DNA of 64,000 nucleotides. It comes from Clostridiales bacterium (lineage in GTDB: Bacteria > Bacillota > Clostridia > Christensenellales > DTU072). The position numbers and the translations under genes are program-made. Shown here one piece after another: positions 1 through 8,201 of the stretch (its first letter is position 1; each line of letters begins with the position of its first letter). The stretch covers positions 1,880 through 65,879 of the forward strand of contig JAAYOD010000051.1 in assembly GCA_012520515.1 (NCBI GenBank). Direction: 5' to 3'. The notes beneath the pieces are model-generated. The model saw only the letters and a program-made list of their open reading frames with translations. It ran no database searches and had not been told where the DNA came from.

Positions 1-675
1 AGCGATAACATAGCAGTTGCTATCTTTACGGCGTTGCTTATCACCATACTTATCTTGACCATTGGTTTGCATATTCTTAACCGCAAAAAAAACACCAGCC
101 GAATAAACGCGCATGAAATGGAAAATATGCTTGCTTTGTATGGCAATGATTATCAGGTTTCTTTACTAAATAAGGCTATTCCAAAATATTTTGACCCAAC
201 CCCCATAGAAAATGGTGTGCTTTTTACGCAAAATTTGCAAAAACAAGCTGTCTTTATCAATTACAAGTATTCCACTACCACACCAGAAGACTTGGCTAGA
301 TTTTATCGTTTAGCTAAAAAAAATGAAGCTTCAAAAATTTATATTTTGTCTAGGCCTTGCCCTAGAAATGTTCTAGTGCTTGCAGCTAGCTTGGATATAG
401 AATTTTCCTTTGTGACATCAAGACAGTTTCATAAACACCTTTATAAACAAAACTTATTGATGGAAAAAATAAAACCCATAAAAACAAAGCGTCAAAGACG
501 CCAATTTAGCGATGTTTTATGGGAAATATTTCAAAAAAGAAGGGCTAAATACTTTTTTATGTCGGCCATTACCTTTGGGCTTTTTTTGTTGATTACGCCC
601 TTTAAGTTGTATTATCTAATAATGCTAAGCATAGTCCTTTGTCTAGGTGTTATTTGCCTATTTAGGCCAGCTTAG
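1..675 (+). CDS. hypothetical membrane protein (5' end may lie outside the window)
   Basis: ORF track 34..675. The same frame stays open back to nt 1 (SDNIAVAIFTA...). One N-terminal TM helix, a soluble segment of about 130 aa, and two C-terminal TM helices. No family recognised. Confidence 0.4.
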   Translation, partial: SDNIAVAIFTALLITILILTIGLHILNRKKNTSRINAHEMENMLALYGNDYQVSLLNKAIPKYFDPTPIENGVLFTQNLQKQAVFINYKYSTTTPEDLARFYRLAKKNEASKIYILSRPCPRNVLVLAASLDIEFSFVTSRQFHKHLYKQNLLMEKIKPIKTKRQRRQFSDVLWEIFQKRRAKYFFMSAITFGLFLLITPFKLYYLIMLSIVLCLGVICLFRPA

Positions 676-965
676 TCAAGTTCAATATGTTTTATATCTT
701 TTGTGCTTTTTCTGTAAAGCACTATCTTGCTACCCACACAACTTATAGGCTCTGCGCCTAAGGCGTTTGCTAGCTCTCCAATTACTTCTTTAGCCTTTAG
801 CTGACTATTGTTTAGCACGCTAATTTTAATAAGCTCTCTTGCTTCAAGCGCGTTACTTAGCTCATTAACAAGGGAGTCGCTAAGTCCATTTTTGCCAATT
901 TGAAAAATAGCGTCTATCTTTTGTCCTAATCCACTTAATTTTTTTCTTTGTTTCGAAGTTATCAT
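672..965 (-). CDS. yhbY: YhbY/CRM-domain ribosome-assembly RNA-binding protein
   Basis: 97 aa. The N-terminus KQRKKLSGLGQKIDAIFQIGKNGLSD and the overall length match the YhbY family. It sits immediately downstream of obg, as in many Firmicutes. Confidence 0.85.
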   Translation of the reverse strand: MITSKQRKKLSGLGQKIDAIFQIGKNGLSDSLVNELSNALEARELIKISVLNNSQLKAKEVIGELANALGAEPISCVGSKIVLYRKSTKDIKHIELD

Positions 966-980
966 ATTTTCTCCTTAAAT

Positions 981-2240
981 TTAATCCATAAATTCAAATT
1001 CTAAATCCACCACAATTACTGTATCGCCGTCTTGCGCTCCCATTTTTCGCAAGCTATCAATTATGCCATGGTCGCGCATCTTTTTCTGAAACCAGTTAAA
1101 AGAATCTATATCATCAAGATAGGTTTTTCTAGCTAATTCATCTACAAAACCGCCCGTAATATGATATACTCCATCAATAACTTCAATCTCATAGTCTTGA
1201 TTATCCACTTCTTCATAAACAAAGGGCTCAAATTCTATGGGCGCAAGCGGTGGCAAATCTTTAAGCTTGTTTGCCATAATGCCAATTAGCTCTTTAACGC
1301 CACTTACAGTAGCTGCGCTAACTTTTATTACTTCACGCCCTATATAGTCTTCCAAACGCTTAATGTTATCGCTGTTTTCATCTAATATATCGCATTTGTT
1401 AGCAATGACAATTTCAGGTAATTCAAATAATTTTTGACTATAATTTTCTAGCTCTTTTCTTATAGCTTTATAGTCTTCCACAGGGTCTCTGCCTTCTACG
1501 CCTGAAATATCCACCACATGAGCAATAAGTCTTACTCTTTCAATATGGCGCAAAAACTCATATCCTAGACCTGCTCCGTCGGCAGCACCTTCAATAAGTC
1601 CTGGAATATCTGCTACTATAAAATTGTTTTCAAAGTATTTAACAACTCCCAAATTAGGAGATAGCGTAGTAAAATGATAATTTGCTATCTTAGGCTTTGC
1701 TTGACTTATCACGCTTAATAATGTGCTTTTGCCCACATTAGGAAAACCGATAAGCCCGATATCCGCAATGGTCTTTAGCTCTAACTTTAACTTTCTCTCT
1801 ACTGTTTTTTCGCCGTTTTCAGCAAAGGCAGGGCTTCTTCTAGTTGGCGTGCAATATCTAGCGTTGCCATTGCCACCTATACCGCCTTTGAAAAGTAAAA
1901 TCTTTTCCCCATAGTTAAAAACATCGGCTAAAATTCCGCCCGACTCAGCGTCCTTTATTATTGTCCCTCTTGGCACTTTAATAATGATATCTTTACCGCT
2001 CTTGCCAGTTTTGTTATTATTGCCGCCAGGTTCGCCGTTTTCCGCTCTAAAATGCCTGGCGTACTTAAAATCTATAAGCGTGCTTGCTGACGGGTCGGCT
2101 TCAAAATAAATGTCACCGCCTTTACCGCCATTACCGCCATCTGGCCCGCCAAGCGGTTGGTATTTTGCTCTAAGAAAGCTAACTCGACCGTCGCCGCCGT
2201 TGCCTGCTTTGACATAGATAGTCGCTGTATCTACAAACAT
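981..2240 (-). CDS. obg: GTPase Obg/CgtA
   Basis: MFVDTATIYVKAGNGGDGRVSF plus the glycine-rich Obg fold. G1 motif GFPNVGKST, G3 motif DIPGLIEGA, and a C-terminal OCT-like domain. Confidence 0.97.
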   Translation of the reverse strand: MFVDTATIYVKAGNGGDGRVSFLRAKYQPLGGPDGGNGGKGGDIYFEADPSASTLIDFKYARHFRAENGEPGGNNNKTGKSGKDIIIKVPRGTIIKDAESGGILADVFNYGEKILLFKGGIGGNGNARYCTPTRRSPAFAENGEKTVERKLKLELKTIADIGLIGFPNVGKSTLLSVISQAKPKIANYHFTTLSPNLGVVKYFENNFIVADIPGLIEGAADGAGLGYEFLRHIERVRLIAHVVDISGVEGRDPVEDYKAIRKELENYSQKLFELPEIVIANKCDILDENSDNIKRLEDYIGREVIKVSAATVSGVKELIGIMANKLKDLPPLAPIEFEPFVYEEVDNQDYEIEVIDGVYHITGGFVDELARKTYLDDIDSFNWFQKKMRDHGIIDSLRKMGAQDGDTVIVVDLEFEFMD

Positions 2241-2270
2241 ATAAGTTTTCTCCTTTGGTTATCACGCTAA

Positions 2271-2936
2271 TTATAGCATGCCTATTTTATCATTGTTTAT
2301 TTTTTTAGCTGCCTTTAAAAAGCATTTGCAATCTTCTTTTATAAGACAGTTTTGGCAATTTGGTTTTCGACTTTGGCAAATATACCTGCCGTGAAAAATC
2401 ATATAGTGATGAAATTCATTCCATAATTCTTTGGGCAACAAACGCTTCAAATCTTCTTCTACCTTGTCCACGCTTGTGCCTTTGCTAAATCCTATTCTTA
2501 AGCTCACTCTATTAACATGGGTATCAACAGGCATTGCAGGAATGCCAAAAGCTACCGACATAACTACACTGGCTGTTTTTCTGCCCACTCCAGGAAGACA
2601 AGTTAGTTTTTCAAAATCTTTTGGTACTTCTCCGCCGTATTTTTCCCAAACTATTTTGGACATAGCAATAATATTTTTGGATTTTGCATTAAAAAAACCA
2701 CAACTACGAATGTAAGAAGATAATTCTTCCACATCAAGATAGGCAAACTGCTTTGGCGTATTATACACCTTAAAGAGTTTGTCTGTAATAATATTAACCC
2801 TTTTATCAGTGCATTGCGCGCTTAGTATAACGGCGACAAGCAGTTCAAATGGCGTTGTGAAATTTAACTCACAACGCGCTGAAGGGTGCATTATTTTTAA
2901 TTTTTCAAATACTTTTCTAGCCTTTTCTTTTGTCAT
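2271..2936 (-). CDS. nth: endonuclease III (DNA-(apurinic/apyrimidinic site) lyase)
   Basis: HhH-GPD motif LPGVGRKTASVV. C-terminal 4Fe-4S ligands with spacing C-x6-C-x2-C-x5-C (CQSRKPNCQNCLIKEDC). Confidence 0.95.
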   Translation of the reverse strand: MTKEKARKVFEKLKIMHPSARCELNFTTPFELLVAVILSAQCTDKRVNIITDKLFKVYNTPKQFAYLDVEELSSYIRSCGFFNAKSKNIIAMSKIVWEKYGGEVPKDFEKLTCLPGVGRKTASVVMSVAFGIPAMPVDTHVNRVSLRIGFSKGTSVDKVEEDLKRLLPKELWNEFHHYMIFHGRYICQSRKPNCQNCLIKEDCKCFLKAAKKINNDKIGML

Positions 2937-3052
2937 TTTCTCCTATTTCACATTCTTCTAAAGAAATTAATTATTTTTTTAATAAAAAGCGGACAATTTA
3001 TGCAAATAATTTTCATACTCTATACTCCATTTTTGCCATTATATGTCACTTG

Positions 3053-3712
3053 TCAATAATTTGTTCCTCTTAATTTCTCAATTGTCTTTTTTGGGTTTTT
3101 AGAATTATATACTGTACTGCCAGCAACTAGAATGCTTGCCCCCGCTTCGACAACTTTAGAGGCGTTTTCTTCTGTTATTCCGCCATCAACTTCAATAGGT
3201 ATATCAAGATTTTGCTCGTCTAAAAGCTGTTTGACATACTTAATTCTATCTAAGCAATAATCTATAAACTTTTGTCCGCCAAGACCTGCAAATACGCTCA
3301 TAACAAGTATTATGTCACAGTACTTAAACAGGTGAGAATATTTATCAATATCTACATCAGGATTAAATACAATACCGCATTTGACACCTAAACTCTTTAT
3401 TTTTTGCAAAGTAGCTAACGCGTCTTGACTAGCTTCTGGATGAAAGGTAACAATATCTGCGCCGCACTCAACAAATTCTTCAACATATCTTTCTGGTTTT
3501 GTTATCATAAGGTGAACATCAAGCGTTTTATCTGTAATTTTTCTTAGCGCCTTTATCATGGGCATTCCAAATGTCAAATTCTTAACATATACGCCGTCCA
3601 TAACATCACAGTGCACAATGTCGCCGCCCCATTTTTCCAAATCCTTAACTGCCTTGCCCATATTGGCAAAATCACCGCTTAAAATGCTTGGCGCAATAAA
3701 TACCTTATTCAT
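3053..3712 (-). CDS. rpe: ribulose-phosphate 3-epimerase
   Basis: The family N-terminus MNKVFIAPSILSGDF begins at ATG 3712. GGAGG lies 7 nt upstream (revcomp of 3713..3725). The track start at 3745 has no RBS. HCDVMDG and VDGGI motifs are present. Confidence 0.95.
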   Translation of the reverse strand: MNKVFIAPSILSGDFANMGKAVKDLEKWGGDIVHCDVMDGVYVKNLTFGMPMIKALRKITDKTLDVHLMITKPERYVEEFVECGADIVTFHPEASQDALATLQKIKSLGVKCGIVFNPDVDIDKYSHLFKYCDIILVMSVFAGLGGQKFIDYCLDRIKYVKQLLDEQNLDIPIEVDGGITEENASKVVEAGASILVAGSTVYNSKNPKKTIEKLRGTNY

Positions 3713-4553
3713 ATTTCTTCCTCCAATTTTCTTTAAGTTCATCAAAAAGTCCTAAATATCTTTGATACCTTTCTTGATTTATTTCTTTGCTCTTAACTGC
3801 CTTTTTAACAGCGCAATCAGGTTCACTAGTATGAGTGCAGTTAGGGTATCGGCATAAGTGTTGCAATTTTACAAAGCTGTCATAATAGTACATTAGCTCG
3901 TCATATTTTATGTCCACTGTCTCCAAAATGGAAAAACCGCAAGTATCTATTACTTTTATTTCATCACACTCAAAAATCTCTACATGTCTTGTGGTGTTTT
4001 TTCCCCTTTCTATTTTCCTGCTTAATTCCCCCACTTCACAATCTTTTTGACAAATCACATTTAGTATAGAAGTCTTTCCTACTGCGCTTTGCCCAGCAAA
4101 GCAAGCTAGTTGTCCTTTTATCATATTTTTAAGTTCATCTACGCCTTGTCCGCTTAGTGTTGATAATACGGCTATTTCTATCTCACCTTTATATGGATAT
4201 ATCCATTCTTTAATCTCTTTTTCTGACAATAGGTCGCTTTTATTTATACAAATTATCGGTCTTATATTTTGAATGTGGCAGTTAAGAATGAGTTTTTCAA
4301 TCAGTATCCAATCAGGTTGCGGTACTTGCGCCACCACAATTAAAAGTGTATCTATATTGGCAACATAAGGGCGCACAAGCTGATTTTTTCGCTCATAAAC
4401 TTTTTCGATTATGTTATCATTAACTTCTACATAATCGCCTACAAAAACATTAATTTTGTTTTTTACTCTTTTCCTTATGGTGCAAACAAGTATCTCATTA
4501 TCGGTTTTTACCGTATACCTGCTTGCAACAGCCTTGATAACTTGACCTTTTAT
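3705..4553 (-). CDS. rsgA: ribosome small-subunit-dependent GTPase A, extended to include the OB-fold N-terminus (non-canonical ATA start proposed)
   Basis: The track ORF 3705..4376 starts at GTG inside the conserved ERKNQLVRPYVANID motif. Fifty-nine further in-frame sense codons upstream encode a typical RsgA OB fold (KGQVIKAVASRYTV...GDYVEV). AAGGAGG lies 7 nt upstream of ATA 4553. GTPase motifs NKSDL and GQSAVGKTS and a C-terminal Cys/His zinc motif are present. Confidence 0.8.
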   Translation of the reverse strand: MKGQVIKAVASRYTVKTDNEILVCTIRKRVKNKINVFVGDYVEVNDNIIEKVYERKNQLVRPYVANIDTLLIVVAQVPQPDWILIEKLILNCHIQNIRPIICINKSDLLSEKEIKEWIYPYKGEIEIAVLSTLSGQGVDELKNMIKGQLACFAGQSAVGKTSILNVICQKDCEVGELSRKIERGKNTTRHVEIFECDEIKVIDTCGFSILETVDIKYDELMYYYDSFVKLQHLCRYPNCTHTSEPDCAVKKAVKSKEINQERYQRYLGLFDELKENWRKKYE

Positions 4554-5608
4554 AAAGACCCCTCCTTTAAATATTTATTGCGTAGTTGTCCGCACGCTCC
4601 TTCAATGTCATTCCCCATAGAACGCCTTAATGTAGCGCTTATATTTTGAGCGGCAAGCGTATCTAAAAACTCTTTAGTTGTATCTTTGCTTACGCCGCGC
4701 AACCCCCTTTCTTTGACAAAGTTTAAGTTAATTAAATTTACATGGCAAGGAAAACCTTTAAGCCTTTTTGCCAGCTTTAATGCACTTTCTATATCGCTGT
4801 TTTGTCCATCTATAAGACTATATTCAAATATAACTCTTCTGCCTGTCTTTTCAAAATAATACTTGGCTGCTTCTATCACTCTTGGAATATTGTATTTATT
4901 GTTTATAGGCATAAGTTTGCTTCTGGTCTTGTCGTCAGGCGCGTGTAGCGATATTGTAAGCGTAACTGACAAATTCATATCAGCAAGTTCTATTATTTTA
5001 TCAACAAGGCCAGCTGTTGACAATGAGATGTTACGCAAGCTTATATTAATGCCTTTTTCATCAGACACTGCCTTTAGAAACTTTACCACATTGTCAAAGT
5101 TATCAAGCGGTTCTCCACTGCCCATTAATACAATATTAGTAATTTTTCGCTCTTTTAGCGTGCCGCCTTTAAGGGCGTTTACGCTAAGCACCTGTCCTAG
5201 CATTTCACCGCTAGTTAAGTTTCTTATAAGACCATTTAAGCTTGATGCGCAAAATGCACAATTTAGCCTGCACCCCACTTGAGTCGATACGCAAAGCGTA
5301 TTGCCGTAGCTATGGGGCATAAAAACGCCTTCTATCACATTGCCGTCATTTAGCCTATACAAGTACTTTTCTGTGCCGTCTTTGCTAGCAAAAGTTTCTA
5401 TAATCGTAACTGCTGTGGCAAAATAACTTTCTTTAAGCTTGTGGCGTAAATCTTTAGGTAGATTAGACATATTGTCATAATCTTTATTTTGCTGAGCGGC
5501 AATATAAACTTGTTCTGCCCTAAAGCTTGGATACCCCCACGCTTTTATTATATTATTAAGCTCATCATAGCTCAAGTCCTGCAAGCTTAAATTCTTCTCA
5601 TGTGGCAT
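4550..5608 (-). CDS. rlmN: 23S rRNA/tRNA (adenine-C2)-methyltransferase, radical SAM
   Basis: Radical-SAM CxxxCxxC motif (GCRLNCAFCAS). C-terminal GxDIxxACGQL motif (GNDIEGACGQL). Conserved position between rsmB and rsgA. Confidence 0.95.
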   Translation of the reverse strand: MPHEKNLSLQDLSYDELNNIIKAWGYPSFRAEQVYIAAQQNKDYDNMSNLPKDLRHKLKESYFATAVTIIETFASKDGTEKYLYRLNDGNVIEGVFMPHSYGNTLCVSTQVGCRLNCAFCASSLNGLIRNLTSGEMLGQVLSVNALKGGTLKERKITNIVLMGSGEPLDNFDNVVKFLKAVSDEKGINISLRNISLSTAGLVDKIIELADMNLSVTLTISLHAPDDKTRSKLMPINNKYNIPRVIEAAKYYFEKTGRRVIFEYSLIDGQNSDIESALKLAKRLKGFPCHVNLINLNFVKERGLRGVSKDTTKEFLDTLAAQNISATLRRSMGNDIEGACGQLRNKYLKEGSL

Positions 5609-6807
5609 AAATAAAAGCCCCCCATTCCTTTACCGTCAGGCAAAAATTGTATAGTTCCGTCATTTTGATAAGGCAATTCTATCTTTTCCAATCTAAAATC
5701 ATTATTTTGCTGCAAAAATTTCTCTACATTATCGCCATTTTCCATACTAAAAATAGTACAAGTAGAATAGACAAGCAGTCCGCCTTTTTTTACATAATTT
5801 TTGACATTGTTAAGAATTGTTAACTGCAAACTAGCTAAGTTTAAAATATCTTGATATGTTCTGTTAAAAATTACATCTCTTCTTGTTTCCAAAACGCCAA
5901 GACCGCTACAAGGTGCATCTACAAGAACTATATCAAAATGCTCTTGCCACTTTTCATAGTATTTAGTAGCATCTCTTTTGCAAATATTATCTAGCTTTGT
6001 ATTCATACGCTTTGCGTAATCAGAAATAAGCTTTACTCTATGCTCATGAATATCACAAGAAGTGACTTTTGCCCCCCTTTCAGCTAGAAAAACAGATTTG
6101 CCGCCAGGAGCGGCGCAAGTGTCCAACAATTTTTCGCCGCAACCGATAGGTATGCTTTGAGCAATAAGAGAACTGCCATAGCTCATATAAGTAGCTTTGC
6201 CTAAAAAACTAAGCAACGATATCTCTTTATTGTTTTTTACAAAATACCCAGTCTGAGTTTTTATTGCGGTAGGCTCTGCTTCAAGAACAGTCTTATCGCC
6301 GCATTTAGCTATAATATGCACTCTATCATAGCTCTTTGCGTTAATAATCTCTTCAAAGTTATTCGGATAATCTTTGCGAAATAATCCCACAAGAAAACTT
6401 GGAAGATTATATTTTACTTCCATATATTCTTTATTGTTTTTTTTAGGCAGTTGATAATTTTTTTCATCTATTTTCTTAGTTATTGCCGCTAAAAATGGCT
6501 TTAGGGCAGACTTGCCTAAGCTTTGAGCAAGCTCACTAATTCCGTTTAGCACCACATTATAGGGCGTATTAAGATATAACAAGCAATAACTTGCTATAAG
6601 CAACATCACCCTTATATTTAATTTTGGCTTTTTCTCTGCCAAACTATCTATAATGTAATTTAATTCATAGTGTTTTTCCAAAACTCCATAAACTATTTTT
6701 GCCACTCCTGCATGAGAATTTTTTTTCATCAAGAGATTTAAGTATGTGTTATCTTTATATACCTTAATTAAAATATCATAAGCTTGTCTTAGTGTAGATT
6801 TAGTCAC
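5587..6807 (-). CDS. rsmB: 16S rRNA (cytosine-C5)-methyltransferase RsmB/Sun
   Basis: N-terminal NusB-like domain. SAM motif DTCAAPGGKS, catalytic VDAPCSGLG, and YSTCT motif. Conserved fmt-rsmB-rlmN order. Confidence 0.92.
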   Translation of the reverse strand: MTKSTLRQAYDILIKVYKDNTYLNLLMKKNSHAGVAKIVYGVLEKHYELNYIIDSLAEKKPKLNIRVMLLIASYCLLYLNTPYNVVLNGISELAQSLGKSALKPFLAAITKKIDEKNYQLPKKNNKEYMEVKYNLPSFLVGLFRKDYPNNFEEIINAKSYDRVHIIAKCGDKTVLEAEPTAIKTQTGYFVKNNKEISLLSFLGKATYMSYGSSLIAQSIPIGCGEKLLDTCAAPGGKSVFLAERGAKVTSCDIHEHRVKLISDYAKRMNTKLDNICKRDATKYYEKWQEHFDIVLVDAPCSGLGVLETRRDVIFNRTYQDILNLASLQLTILNNVKNYVKKGGLLVYSTCTIFSMENGDNVEKFLQQNNDFRLEKIELPYQNDGTIQFLPDGKGMGGFYLCHMRRI

Positions 6808-7732
6808 CTAAAATTTCTCCTGCTTGTAATCTTTTGCCCAGCAAAAAACTTTTTATATCCATTGCCTTGGCATTTTCTCCTTGCACTGTTAGCACATCTA
6901 AACAACCTTGTCCACAGCTTACTATCAAACCTTTCTTGGGTTCTGCCACCATAATTTCGCCTACAATGCCTGTATTTTCACACTCAAGGGCATTTGCTCT
7001 AAGAATTTTTAATTTGCCAAACTTACAAGTTGTAAATGCGCTAGGCCATGGAGTCATGCCTCTTATAAAGTTCTTAAGCTCTTTACTTGACTTTGCCCAA
7101 TCAATTTTTCCGTCTTCTTTTTTCAACATTCTACAATAAGTAGCTTGACTTTCTATTTGCGGCGTAAAGATAGCATTGCCCTGCTCTATTAAATCTAGCG
7201 CTTCAACAACAGCTTCTGCGCCTAACACGCTTAACTTTTGCAAGGTTTCATAAGTATTCTCATAACCATCTAAAGCTATTTCTTTTTGCAAAATTATATC
7301 GCCTGTGTCTACGCCAAGTTCCGTTTGCATAATGGTCACGCCCACTCTTTCTTGTCCCTCTAAAAGCGCCCATTGCACAGGCGACGCTCCCCTATATTTT
7401 GGAAGTAAGGACGCATGGACATTTATTATGCCTTTAGGGCAGATATCTAGAATATTCTGCTTTAATATCTGTCCATAGGCGGCTGTTACCATAATATCAG
7501 CGTTTAGCTTCTTTAACTCATCTTGCCCTTGCAAGCTGATATTTTCGTACTGCAAAATAGGCACGTCAAGACCTAAAGCATACTCTTTTACTTTGCTAAA
7601 ATTTATTTTGTTACCCCTTGCGTTTTTTCGGTCAGGCTGTGTAACAACTGCCATTACCTCATGGTTAGACTGCACTATACCTTGTAGCACCCTAACGCTA
7701 AACTCAGGCGTCCCTAAAAAAATTACTCTCAT
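6800..7732 (-). CDS. fmt: methionyl-tRNA formyltransferase
   Basis: The family N-terminus MRVIFLGTPEFSV starts at ATG 7732, which forms an ATGA overlap with the def stop. HASLLPKYRGASP motif is present. The track start at 7792 lies inside def. Confidence 0.95.
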   Translation of the reverse strand: MRVIFLGTPEFSVRVLQGIVQSNHEVMAVVTQPDRKNARGNKINFSKVKEYALGLDVPILQYENISLQGQDELKKLNADIMVTAAYGQILKQNILDICPKGIINVHASLLPKYRGASPVQWALLEGQERVGVTIMQTELGVDTGDIILQKEIALDGYENTYETLQKLSVLGAEAVVEALDLIEQGNAIFTPQIESQATYCRMLKKEDGKIDWAKSSKELKNFIRGMTPWPSAFTTCKFGKLKILRANALECENTGIVGEIMVAEPKKGLIVSCGQGCLDVLTVQGENAKAMDIKSFLLGKRLQAGEILGD

Positions 7733-8178
7733 TTTTCCTTGTATTCCTTTGTGTAAAACAAAATTCCGTCCAAGTGGTCTAATTCGTGACATACAGCTCT
7801 AGCAGGAAGCCCTTCTAGCGTTTTAGTAAACATTTTGCCATTTCTGTCAAAGGCTTTTACCGTTAATTTCATAGGCCTTAAAACTTGGCAGTTTTTATTG
7901 CTGTCAACGCTAAGGCAACCCTCTAGGTCTATTTGCTGCCCTTGTGAGCTAATAATTTCTGGATTGACAAGTTCTAAGTAAATATCATCAACTTCTACTA
8001 CCGCAACTCTCCTTAGTATTCCCACTTGGGGAGCAGCTAGCCCAACTCCGTCAGCGTCATGCATAGTATCTCGCAAGTCGTCAAGCAGCGTTGCTAGTCT
8101 TTCATCAAAGCTTGTAACTGGTCGGCTTTTTTTTAATAAAACTGGCTCTCCATCCATAAAAATCTTTCTTATTGCCAT
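7729..8178 (-). CDS. def: peptide deformylase
   Basis: The three PDF motifs are present: GLAAPQVG, EGCLS and HELDH. Confidence 0.97.
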   Translation of the reverse strand: MAIRKIFMDGEPVLLKKSRPVTSFDERLATLLDDLRDTMHDADGVGLAAPQVGILRRVAVVEVDDIYLELVNPEIISSQGQQIDLEGCLSVDSNKNCQVLRPMKLTVKAFDRNGKMFTKTLEGLPARAVCHELDHLDGILFYTKEYKEK

Positions 8179-8201
8179 TATTTTCTCCTTATTATGATAT
8201 T

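Noticed and set aside
1723-1914. Numerous 60-160-aa ORFs antisense to long genes. Examples: 1723..1914, 2431..2715, 4863..5282, 9142..9921, 10461..11462, 16583..17023, 19396..20340, 33606..34097, 58349..58735, 60505..60915.
   Set aside because: They lie entirely within, and opposite to, genes with strong family signatures. Their Ser/Leu/Ile/Phe-rich composition is typical of shadow frames in AT-rich DNA, and I saw no RBS. I treat them as non-coding.
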